Shown one piece after another: positions 56,111 through 64,000 of a stretch of DNA of 64,000 bases (position 1 is its first letter; each line of letters begins with the position of its first letter). This DNA comes from an uncultured Gammaproteobacteria bacterium (GTDB lineage Bacteria; Patescibacteriota; Patescibacteriia; UBA11705; JABHMO01), in the NCBI GenBank assembly GCA_964434235.1, contig CAYSUN010000001.1:18574-82573 (forward strand). Direction: 5' to 3'. The position numbers and the translations under genes were made by a program. The notes under the pieces are model-generated. The model was not told the origin of the DNA. It did not search any database and saw only the letters and a list, made by a program, of their open reading frames with translations.

Positions 56111-56992
56111 ATGCTTTGGATAGTTTTTACATTAGTGGCCATGCTTTTGTGGTCAGCAGTAAATATTTTAGATAAATATATAATTGGGCATGAGCTTCGC
56201 GATCCAATTTTAGTTACTACGATTTTTGGTTTTTCTATTAGTTTACTTTTTATATTTTTAGGACTTTTTACTGGAGCTATTATTATTCCAGTTAAATACA
56301 TGTTACTTTCTATGCTTGGCGGTTTGGTTTATGCGACGGCCATTATTTTTTATTATTCTGCTATGAAAAAGATAGAAGTCTCACGCATAGTGCCGATTAT
56401 TGCAACGGAACCTTTAATTATTGCGATTGTGGCTTTCTTCTTATTTGGTGAAAGCTTAAAATTAATTCAATATATTGGGATCGGATTAATCGTATTTGGA
56501 GCAATTCTGATTACTCATAAAAAATATGGTGATAAGGTAAATATGCATAAGTTTTATGCTATGGCTTTCCTTTGTACTTTGCTTTTTGGATTGAGAAATA
56601 TTTTAATAAAATATGTAACAATTGGAGTAGACTTTTGGCCGATGTTATTTTGGCTTGGCGTAGGAATGTTTATTGCCCCTTTGATTTTGCTTTTCTTTCA
56701 TCATCCACATATTAGAGAACAGGCCAAGAAAGGTGTTTTGCATTTGTGTTTAACTGCTCTTTTGTCTGGTTTAGCTTTAATTTTCTTCACCAAGGCAATT
56801 TCGATTGGTTCTGTGTCTTTGGCTTCTGCTTTGTTGGCGACAAAACCAATGTTAGTTTTTTTTATCGCTACTTTTTTAAGCTTTTTTCACCCTGATATTA
56901 TAGTTGAAAAACATACGAAAAAAGTTTTACTGAAAAAAATGACCGCTGTGGCTTTGATTGTGGCTGGTGGGATCTTTGTACTCATTCAGTGA
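56111..56992 (+). CDS. EamA/DMT-family transporter
   Basis: 10 TM helices in a two-fold-repeat arrangement. Confidence 0.6.
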   Translation: MLWIVFTLVAMLLWSAVNILDKYIIGHELRDPILVTTIFGFSISLLFIFLGLFTGAIIIPVKYMLLSMLGGLVYATAIIFYYSAMKKIEVSRIVPIIATEPLIIAIVAFFLFGESLKLIQYIGIGLIVFGAILITHKKYGDKVNMHKFYAMAFLCTLLFGLRNILIKYVTIGVDFWPMLFWLGVGMFIAPLILLFFHHPHIREQAKKGVLHLCLTALLSGLALIFFTKAISIGSVSLASALLATKPMLVFFIATFLSFFHPDIIVEKHTKKVLLKKMTAVALIVAGGIFVLIQ

Positions 56993-57110
56993 TTACAAAT
57001 TACGAATTGGCTACGAATCTACGTATTACGAATAGGAAAAACAAATTTACAAATATTACGAATTACACTTTACTAATTACCAATTACTCTTTACTAAATA
57101 TTCGCCTGTG
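56993..57110. repeat. TTACGAAT-type word repeats (TTACAAATTACGAATTGGCTACGAATCTACGTATTACGAATAGG..)
   Basis: Related to 45800-45870 and 38190-38228. Confidence 0.6.
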
Positions 57111-57126
57111 TTAATTTACTTATAAT

Positions 57127-59145
57127 ATGAATATAACTGAATCGAAAAATCGTTTGGAGAAATTAAAAGATCAGCTTCGAGAGACTGATCACGCTTATTA
57201 TACTTTGGATAAGCCGATTATGTCTGATTCAGCAAGAGATAGTTTGAAAGATGAAATTGAAAAAATCGAGAAACAGTTTCCAAATTTAATTACTTCAGAT
57301 TCACCAACTCAGAGAATCGGTGGTCGAGCTTTGGGTCGATTCAAAAAAGTTAAACATGAAATTCCTAAATATTCTTTAGATGATGTTTTTAGTTATGAAG
57401 AAGTTCGCGAATTTGATGAACGAGTAAAAAGATTTTTGAAAATTCCGATTAACTCAGACCTAGAATATACTTGCGAATTGAAAATTGATGGTTTGAATAT
57501 GTCTTTTCATTATAAAGATGGTTTATTTGAACGAGCAGTTACTCGAGGTGATGGTGTGCTTGGCGAGGACGTTTCTCATACTGTTAAGACGATTAAAAGT
57601 TTACCTTTGAAATTAAATAAAAATGTTGATATTGAACTTGGTGGTGAAGTTTATATGCCAACCAAAAGTTTTGAAAAGTTAAACAAAAAAGGCCCAATTC
57701 AATTTGCTAATCCGAGAAATGCGGCCGCTGGTACGGTGCGCCAATTAGATCCAATGGTGGCTGCTTCTCGAGATTTAGATATTTTTTGTTGGGCTATCTA
57801 TAAGTTAAAAGTTAAAAGTGAAAAGTTAAAAGTAAATACTCAGGTTGAAATGCTTGAAAAAATGAAAGAGCTTGGATTTAAAGTTAATCCAGAATACAAA
57901 AAAGTAAATAATATTGAAGAAGCAATTAAATTCTGTGAAAGTTGGCAAGACAAAAGAGCTAAACTTCCTTATGAAATTGATGGAATTGCGATCAAGGTAA
58001 ATCGAATTGATTGGCAAGAACGATTAGGCCGAGCATCAAAATATGTTCGCTGGGCTACAGCTTATAAATTTCCAGCCGAAGAAGCGACTTCTGTAATTGA
58101 AAATATTGTTTGGCAAGTTGGTCGAACTGGCGCCTTGACTCCAGTTGCTCATTTAACGCCAGTTAGTTTAGCTGGGTCGATTGTCAGTCGGGCAACTTTG
58201 CATAATATTGATGAATTAAGAGAAAAAGATATTAGAATAGGCGACACAGTAATTTTGCATAAAGCTGGAGATATTATTCCAGAAATTATTAAACCATTAC
58301 TCAAATTAAGAACTGGAAAACAAAAAAAAGTGGAAGCACCAAAAAATTGTCCGATTTGTCAGGCGAAAGTTGAAAGGATGGATGGTGAGTCAGCAATTCG
58401 TTGTACAAATAAAAATTGTTTTGCTCAAGATCAAGAAAGATTAATTCATTTTGTTTCGCGTAAAGGTTTTGATATTGATGGTTTTGGAGAAAAAATTGTT
58501 GAACAATTAATGCTGGAAAAGTTGGTTACAAATTTTTGTGATATTTTCGAACTTAAAAAAGGTGACTTGCAAGTGCTAGATCGTTTTGCGGAAAAATCAG
58601 CTGAAAATTTAGTTCAAGCTATTGAAAAAAGCAAATCTGTTTTGTTAAGTAAATTAATTTTTGCTTTAGGCATTCGTTATGTAGGCGAAGAAAATGCTAG
58701 CTTACTAGCCAAACAATATTCCGATCGAACAATTTCTATGTTTTTAAAAAACATTAAGCAAGCAAAAGTTACTGATTTGGAAGAAATTGAAGGTGTTGGT
58801 AAAATTGTTGCTCAAGCAGTTTTTGATTATTTTCACAATGAAGATAATTTACAAAAACTATTAAAACTTGAAGAACTTGGTGTTGTTTTGAAAAGAGTAG
58901 AAGTTTCACAAGTAAAATCCTCAGTCTTTGGAAAAACTTTTGTTTTAACTGGTAGTTTAGTCAGTTTATCCAGAGATGAAGCCAAGGCTTTGATTAAATT
59001 AGCTGGAGGTAAAGTTAGCTCGACTGTGAGTGCTAAAACTGATTACCTTGTTGTTGGTGATGAACCGGGTTCTAAATACAAAAAAGCAGTAGAATTAAAA
59101 GTGAAAATACTTGAAGAAAAAGAATTCATGAGTTTGATTAAATAA
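57127..59145 (+). CDS. ligA: NAD-dependent DNA ligase LigA
   Basis: Adenylation motif CELKIDGL, OB fold, Zn finger CPICQAKVERMDGESAIRCTNKNC, HhH, C-terminal BRCT (GKTFVLTGSL..); contains an in-frame repeat-derived insert at ~57795-57840. Confidence 0.9.
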   Translation: MNITESKNRLEKLKDQLRETDHAYYTLDKPIMSDSARDSLKDEIEKIEKQFPNLITSDSPTQRIGGRALGRFKKVKHEIPKYSLDDVFSYEEVREFDERVKRFLKIPINSDLEYTCELKIDGLNMSFHYKDGLFERAVTRGDGVLGEDVSHTVKTIKSLPLKLNKNVDIELGGEVYMPTKSFEKLNKKGPIQFANPRNAAAGTVRQLDPMVAASRDLDIFCWAIYKLKVKSEKLKVNTQVEMLEKMKELGFKVNPEYKKVNNIEEAIKFCESWQDKRAKLPYEIDGIAIKVNRIDWQERLGRASKYVRWATAYKFPAEEATSVIENIVWQVGRTGALTPVAHLTPVSLAGSIVSRATLHNIDELREKDIRIGDTVILHKAGDIIPEIIKPLLKLRTGKQKKVEAPKNCPICQAKVERMDGESAIRCTNKNCFAQDQERLIHFVSRKGFDIDGFGEKIVEQLMLEKLVTNFCDIFELKKGDLQVLDRFAEKSAENLVQAIEKSKSVLLSKLIFALGIRYVGEENASLLAKQYSDRTISMFLKNIKQAKVTDLEEIEGVGKIVAQAVFDYFHNEDNLQKLLKLEELGVVLKRVEVSQVKSSVFGKTFVLTGSLVSLSRDEAKALIKLAGGKVSSTVSAKTDYLVVGDEPGSKYKKAVELKVKILEEKEFMSLIK

Positions 59146-59259
59146 TTATAGTGTTAATTGATAGAATGTGATTTAAAATAATGGTACGAAGTTAATATGT
59201 AGATCTTTTAATGTCCCTCTTACTAATAGTTGGATTTCAAAAACGCAAAGGGGAACGCT

Positions 59260-59397
59260 ATGACGAAACTACTTTTTCCTGCGAAGTTTTTTGGTGAGAA
59301 GGTATTGGCTGTAGGTTTAGCTGGAATTCTTGCTGTTGCATTTGTTGTTGTTTACTGTGGGGTTGCTGTTAATGCTGGGGTTGATAAGTATTTGTAA
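59260..59397 (+). CDS. possible small hydrophobic peptide (45 aa, MTKLLFPAKFFGEKVLAVGLAGILAVAFVVVYCGVAVNAGVDKYL)
   Basis: SD-like AAAGGGGAACGCT upstream of the ATG; single TM; followed by a hairpin + T-rich stretch at ~59406-59435; below the ORF-track size cutoff. Confidence 0.3.
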   Translation: MTKLLFPAKFFGEKVLAVGLAGILAVAFVVVYCGVAVNAGVDKYL

Positions 59398-59473
59398 ATT
59401 AACTATCCTCGTTTCTTAAACGGGGATTTTTATTGCCTTTTAAGTAGAATTTTGTTATAATTTCTGTGAATTT

Positions 59474-59764
59474 ATGAATATAAACAAAGAACATATTGAG
59501 CATTTAGCCAATTTGGCTAGATTGGGTATAACGGAAGAAGAAAAAGAGAAATACGCTGAGCAGATTTCTTCTGTTTTAGATTATTTTACTGAATTGAATG
59601 AATTAAACACTGACAACGTTGAACCTTTAACGCATGTTTTTGAATTGGAAAATGTTGTCCGTCCAGACAAAGAAGTTCGCACCGTAGAAGCGGATAAAGT
59701 TTTGGCCGAAGCACCAGAATTAGAAAAAAAACAAGTTAAAGTTAAGGCTGTTTTTGATAAGTAA
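59474..59764 (+). CDS. gatC: Asp/Glu-tRNA amidotransferase subunit C
   Basis: N-terminus IEHLANLARLGITEEEKEKYAEQISSVLDYF typical of GatC; directly upstream of gatA. Confidence 0.8.
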   Translation: MNINKEHIEHLANLARLGITEEEKEKYAEQISSVLDYFTELNELNTDNVEPLTHVFELENVVRPDKEVRTVEADKVLAEAPELEKKQVKVKAVFDK

Positions 59765-59921
59765 TGTAATTTCACAGTTTATTGTTTATTGCTTATTTAT
59801 TTTTTACTCACGACCCGCCTACCGGCCGGCTCACAACTTAATTCTTACCTACTTAACACTTAATACTTAATACTTATTTACTCACCATTAACACGTTAAA
59901 TATGGACGCAGGTATGTTATT

Positions 59922-61340
59922 ATGAAATTAAATACTCTTACAATAAAAGAAGCTCATGCTGGTTTGAGCCAAAAACAATTTTCTTCGTCAGAATTGACTA
60001 AGTCTTGTTTTGATGCAATTAGAGAAAATGATGATAGTTTGAATGCTTTTATTACAATTACAGAAGATCTTGCGTGTATTCAAGCAGAAAAAGTTGATAA
60101 GAAAATTAAAAAAGGTGAAAAGATTAGTGTCCTAGAAGGTATTCCTACTGCTATTAAAGATAATATTTTAGTTGAAGGTATCAAGGCAACTGGTGGTTCA
60201 AAAATTTTGTCTAATTATATTGCTACTTATGATGCTACAGTTATTAAAAAACTTAAAAAACAAAATTCTGTAATATTGGGAAAAACTAACTTAGATGAAT
60301 TTGCCATGGGCGGTTCAGGTGAAACGTCAAATTTTGGTTCGACCAAAAATCCAATTGATAAAACTCGGGTGCCAGGAGGATCATCTAGTGGTAGCACTGT
60401 AGCTGTAGCTTCCAACGAAGCGATATACGCCTTGGGTTCAGATACTGGCGGTTCAGTTCGCCAACCAGCTGCACTTTGTGGTGTGGTTGGTTTTAAGCCG
60501 ACTTATGGTCGCGTTTCTCGTTTTGGATTGATGGCTATGGCTTCAAGTTTTGATCAAATAGGAACTTTAACAAAAACAGTAGAGGATGCTTCATTTGTAT
60601 ATGAACAAATTGTCGGTTTAGATAAATTGGATGCAACAACGGTAAACAAACCTGTAACTTTAGATTTGAATGGTAATCTAAAAAATTTTAAAATTGGTGT
60701 ACCTCAGGAATATTTTATTAAAGGTATGGATGAAGGAGTAGAAAAAGTTGTCAGAAAAGCAATAACTAAATTAGAAAAAGCTGGCGCACAAATAATTCCA
60801 ATCAGTTTACCAATGACTAAATACGCCTTGGCTACATATTATATTTTAATGCCAGCGGAAGTTTCTTCAAATTTAGCTCGTTACGATGGTGTTCGTTATG
60901 GATATCGAGCGGAAGCTGGCAATTTATTAGAAATGTATTTAGAATCAAGAGCCAAAGGTTTTGGTGATGAGGTGCGTCGAAGAATTATGCTTGGAACTTA
61001 TGTTTTATCTTCTGGGTACTATGATGCTTATTATAAAAAAGCTCAAAAAGTCCGTCGTTTGATTAAACAAGATTTTGATAAAGTTTTTGAAACTGTAGAT
61101 TGTCTCGTTACACCAACTTCCCCAACTACAGCGTTTAAACTTGGTGAAAAATTTAATGATCCATTAACAATGTATTTGGCTGATATTTTTACAGTTTCAG
61201 TTAACGTGGCTGGTTTACCAGCAATTTCAATTCCTTGCGGTTTAAGCAATAAATTACCAGTCGGTCTTCAGTTTATTGGTAAACCATTTGATGAAAAAAC
61301 TCTTCTTCGTTTAGCTCATAATGCAGAGCAAATATTGTAA
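59922..61340 (+). CDS. gatA: Asp/Glu-tRNA amidotransferase subunit A (amidase)
   Basis: Amidase signature GGSSSGSTVAVAS; catalytic Lys context AIKDNI; Ser-cis-Ser-Lys family. Confidence 0.9.
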   Translation: MKLNTLTIKEAHAGLSQKQFSSSELTKSCFDAIRENDDSLNAFITITEDLACIQAEKVDKKIKKGEKISVLEGIPTAIKDNILVEGIKATGGSKILSNYIATYDATVIKKLKKQNSVILGKTNLDEFAMGGSGETSNFGSTKNPIDKTRVPGGSSSGSTVAVASNEAIYALGSDTGGSVRQPAALCGVVGFKPTYGRVSRFGLMAMASSFDQIGTLTKTVEDASFVYEQIVGLDKLDATTVNKPVTLDLNGNLKNFKIGVPQEYFIKGMDEGVEKVVRKAITKLEKAGAQIIPISLPMTKYALATYYILMPAEVSSNLARYDGVRYGYRAEAGNLLEMYLESRAKGFGDEVRRRIMLGTYVLSSGYYDAYYKKAQKVRRLIKQDFDKVFETVDCLVTPTSPTTAFKLGEKFNDPLTMYLADIFTVSVNVAGLPAISIPCGLSNKLPVGLQFIGKPFDEKTLLRLAHNAEQIL

Positions 61341-61366
61341 ATGATTTAATAATAAGTTTCACCAAT

Positions 61367-61813
61367 ATGGTGGATGTTACTTGGAATTTTAATGTAATAG
61401 ATTATGCTGTTTTAATCGGTATAGTTGCTATTTTGTTAGTTGCTGGAGTTGCTAAATATTTTTCTATAAAAAATGAATCACTTGATGGTATTGATCGTAA
61501 ATTTTACAAAGAAAGATGGAAAAGTATACAGGATTTGATGTCTTATGGAAAAGAAATGAATTATAAATTAGCAGTAATTGAGGCTGATAAACTTTTGGAT
61601 CAAGCTTTGAAAGATTTACATTTTTCAGGTGAGACAATGGCCGAAAGATTAAAATTAGCTTCTTATAAATTTCCGAATCTTAAAAAAGTTTGGTGGGCAC
61701 ATAAGGTTCGTAATCTTATTGTTCATGATGTGCGTTATCAATTAAAATTTAATGAAGCGAAAAAGGTTGTTTCTTTATTCCACAATTCTTTAACTCTTCT
61801 TAAAATAATATAA
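61367..61813 (+). CDS. hypothetical membrane-anchored protein
   Basis: N-terminal TM (AVLIGIVAILLVAGVA). Confidence 0.45.
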   Translation: MVDVTWNFNVIDYAVLIGIVAILLVAGVAKYFSIKNESLDGIDRKFYKERWKSIQDLMSYGKEMNYKLAVIEADKLLDQALKDLHFSGETMAERLKLASYKFPNLKKVWWAHKVRNLIVHDVRYQLKFNEAKKVVSLFHNSLTLLKII

Positions 61814-61814
61814 T

Positions 61815-63020
61815 ATGAAAAAAATTTTAATTATTATTTTCGCAATGTTATTATTGATGCCAAGTTTAAGTCCTGCTTTGGCTAGTACGTCCGATTTATC
61901 GATTGATGTGGGCAATGTTCGTTTTTCAAAAAATACAAATAATTTATTAGTGGGTGATACTGTGCGGGTTTATGCTGCTGTAGCCAATAATGGAGATACT
62001 GACGCGCTTGGCTATATTGCTTTTTATATTAATAATGAAACAACAATGATCGGTAGTGCTGAAGTTTCAGTTTTAGCGGGTGGCTATTATGACGAAGTTT
62101 ATGTTGATTTTACTGTGCCTGATGATGATTTCCGTTTGTTGGTTAGTCTTTTATCTGTTGTGCCAACTGATTCAAATTTGAATAATAATAATATTCTTAC
62201 TCAAAAGTTTAATGTTCAGGGAGATAATGATGGTGACGGAATTGGTGATGATACTGACGCTGATGATGATAATGATTCTTTAACGGATGCTCAAGAAATT
62301 CAAATGGGAACAGATCCATTGCTGAGGGACACAGATGGCGATGGTGTTTTGGATGCGGATGATTTATATCCTTTAGACCCCAATAAATACAAAGATGAAC
62401 CAATTGTAATCTCGCCCGAACCAGAGCCAGAAATAAATCCAGAACCAGTCCCTCAACCTAAACCAGTACAAAAAGCTTACATTCAACCAGTTGTAAAAGT
62501 AGTGGAAAATAGCAATAAAGAACCTGAAAGTACAGAACCAATTTTGGTGGAAGATTTTTATAATTCACCGGCCGTTGAACTTTTGCAAGAAGTGAAAATT
62601 AATGTTAATCAGATAAACTGGAATACTTATAGTTTTAATTTTGATACAAATATAATGGATTTAAATATTGATAGTTTAGAGTATCAATGGATTTTTGGCG
62701 ATGGCACGGATAGTCCTAAAAACACTGAGCATCGCTTTCGTGGGACTGGGCAATATTTTGTAACGTTAAAAGTTAAAGGTCCATTTAATAATTTTATATA
62801 TGACAATGTAACGATTGATGTTGAGTTTTGGTCAGTTTATAATTATTGGTTGTGGATTATTTTATTGGTGTTTATAACTATTGGTTTTTTGTACACTTAT
62901 GAATTTAAACACACAAGTGGTAAACTAAATTCTAAAAATGAACCAAGAAAAGTTGTAGGTAATGATGAATTGAGAAAGCCTAAAAAAAGAAAAATAGAAG
63001 AAGATAAATCAGAAAATTAA
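61815..63020 (+). CDS. surface protein with TSP3-like Ca-binding Asp repeats and PKD-like domain, C-terminal TM anchor
   Basis: Signal peptide; DGDGIGDDTDADDDNDSLTD..DTDGDGVLDADD; PKD-like WIFGDGTDSPKNTEHRFRGTGQYFVTLKV; C-terminal TM YWLWIILLVFITIGFLY + KK-rich tail. Confidence 0.6.
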   Translation: MKKILIIIFAMLLLMPSLSPALASTSDLSIDVGNVRFSKNTNNLLVGDTVRVYAAVANNGDTDALGYIAFYINNETTMIGSAEVSVLAGGYYDEVYVDFTVPDDDFRLLVSLLSVVPTDSNLNNNNILTQKFNVQGDNDGDGIGDDTDADDDNDSLTDAQEIQMGTDPLLRDTDGDGVLDADDLYPLDPNKYKDEPIVISPEPEPEINPEPVPQPKPVQKAYIQPVVKVVENSNKEPESTEPILVEDFYNSPAVELLQEVKINVNQINWNTYSFNFDTNIMDLNIDSLEYQWIFGDGTDSPKNTEHRFRGTGQYFVTLKVKGPFNNFIYDNVTIDVEFWSVYNYWLWIILLVFITIGFLYTYEFKHTSGKLNSKNEPRKVVGNDELRKPKKRKIEEDKSEN

Positions 63021-63034
63021 AATTAAAAATAAAA

Positions 63035-63553
63035 ATGAAAAAGTATTTTGTAGTTTTTACCTGTTTATTTGTTTTGTTACTTAGCCCAGCTTTGGCTAAG
63101 CAAAGTTATAATTTAACTTTGGGTGAGGCTTATATTAAATATAATCAAATCGGTTGGCAGAATTATGAATTTTATGTAATTACTGATTTGGAAAATAAAG
63201 ATGGCTTAACTTATGAATGGACGTTTGATAATAAATCCTCGTTTTCATCAGAAAAAGTAAGGTATTTTTTTGCCAAAGGCGAACATACTATAAAATTAAA
63301 AGTTGAAGATAACTATGGTAATGTTCGTTACGATACAGTTCGTTTGAATATTCAGTTTTGGTCGTTGAAAAATAATTGGTTTTGGTGGGTGGCGTATTTA
63401 ATAGTTGTGATGTTAATTATCTATTATTGGGCGGCCAAAATAATGTATTTACTTAATCGACCGAAAATAAGTAAAGAAGCAAGATACTTTTTGGACTTAC
63501 TGGATGAACATGGCTGGATTGATGAAATTATAAAACATCACGCAAAAAAATAA
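63035..63553 (+). CDS. small PKD-like domain surface protein, paralogue of the C-terminal part of the upstream gene
   Basis: Signal peptide; YEWTFDNKSSF..HTIKLKVEDNYGN; C-terminal TM WFWWVAYLIVVMLIIYYW. Confidence 0.55.
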   Translation: MKKYFVVFTCLFVLLLSPALAKQSYNLTLGEAYIKYNQIGWQNYEFYVITDLENKDGLTYEWTFDNKSSFSSEKVRYFFAKGEHTIKLKVEDNYGNVRYDTVRLNIQFWSLKNNWFWWVAYLIVVMLIIYYWAAKIMYLLNRPKISKEARYFLDLLDEHGWIDEIIKHHAKK

Positions 63554-63554
63554 A

Positions 63555-63670
63555 TAAGTTGAAAGTAAAAAGTTAAAGGTTTATATAGAGAAAAATTATG
63601 TAAAAGTTAAATAGTTCAGATTGTCTTGGTAGTTTAACTTTATAAACTTGTAACTTGTAACTTTTCCCAA
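63555..63670. repeat. AAAGTTAAA / AACTTGTAACTT word-repeat region
   Basis: Shares AACTTGTAACTTTT with 9960-9980 and AAAGTTAAAAG with the ligA insert. Confidence 0.55.
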
Positions 63671-63674
63671 CATT

Positions 63675-64000
63675 ATGTACATGATTTTACGTTGGTTGAT
63701 AAACGCTATTGGTTTATTGGCCATTGGTTATTTTATACCGGGGATTGAAGTGGCCAGCCTTTATTACGCCATGATTTTGGTCGTAGTTATCGGCTTGGTT
63801 AATTTTGTTCCAGGAATGATTCTAAAAATTATAACTTTCCCAATCAATATTATTACTTTGGGAATTTCCAATTTGATAATAAATGCTTTTATCTTTTGGT
63901 TTGTGGCCAGTTTTATTCAGGGTTTTGATATTACTGTTTGGTGGGCTGGTTTTCTTGGCGCTGTAATTTATACAATGATAACAACTTTTAGTGGTTGGCT
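63675..64000 (+). CDS. phage-holin-4-like / DUF360-family small membrane protein (3' end truncated by window)
   Basis: MYMILRWLINAIGLLAIGYFIPGIEVASLYYAMILVVVIGLVNFVPGMILKIITFPINIITLGISNLIINAFIFW.. matches the 4-TM Phage_holin_4_2-type pattern. Confidence 0.5.
   Translation, partial: MYMILRWLINAIGLLAIGYFIPGIEVASLYYAMILVVVIGLVNFVPGMILKIITFPINIITLGISNLIINAFIFWFVASFIQGFDITVWWAGFLGAVIYTMITTFSGW

Overview
The window is a 64 kb, gene-dense, low-GC (about one-third GC by eye) bacterial chromosome segment. It uses the standard genetic code (no in-frame TGA problems) and is almost entirely + strand, apart from one 11 kb minus-strand block (25.8-36.7 kb). Housekeeping genes I can recognise from motifs: MurG, MurI, FtsE/FtsX, FtsB/DivIC, PrsA-like parvulin, an RlpA-like protein, RecG, RadA, NAD-dependent ligase LigA, GatC/GatA, GAPDH, site-2 protease RseP, phosphomannomutase, and a ComF-family protein. 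There are three tRNAs: two tRNA-Ser and one tRNA-Arg. The gene content and very compact style suggest a CPR/Patescibacteria-like organism such as Saccharibacteria; this is inference only. Accessory content, in window order: (1) a Gram-positive-type type IV secretion module at the start (ConG/VirB6-like polytopic protein, PrgI/VirB3-like protein, and a VirB4 ATPase encoded as two ORFs); (2) a tRNA-associated variable region with tRNA 3'-end duplications, a small cassette flanked by direct repeats, a CPBP protease, and tandem Cys-rich paralogues; (3) a minus-strand operon encoding a highly disordered tail-anchored protein, a beta-propeller protein, and two paralogous secreted cell-wall-hydrolase-like proteins that share an unusual N-terminal signal plus two-helix module; (4) a roughly 2.2 kb GC-rich, clearly foreign island between manB and murI, with sigma70-like promoter, strong SD sites, palindrome-punctuated cistrons and classic terminators; (5) a type IV pilus / pseudopilin locus (PilD, four prepilin-like genes) with a 1394-aa cytoplasmic-looking giant protein embedded in it; (6) a dispersed family of 'word-like' AT-rich intergenic repeats with a GC-rich palindrome, including a large tandem block at 9.3-10.0 kb, an inverted copy at 49.1-49.4 kb, and an in-frame fragment inside ligA. 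No CRISPR array, rRNA, or recognisable transposase/integrase gene is visible.
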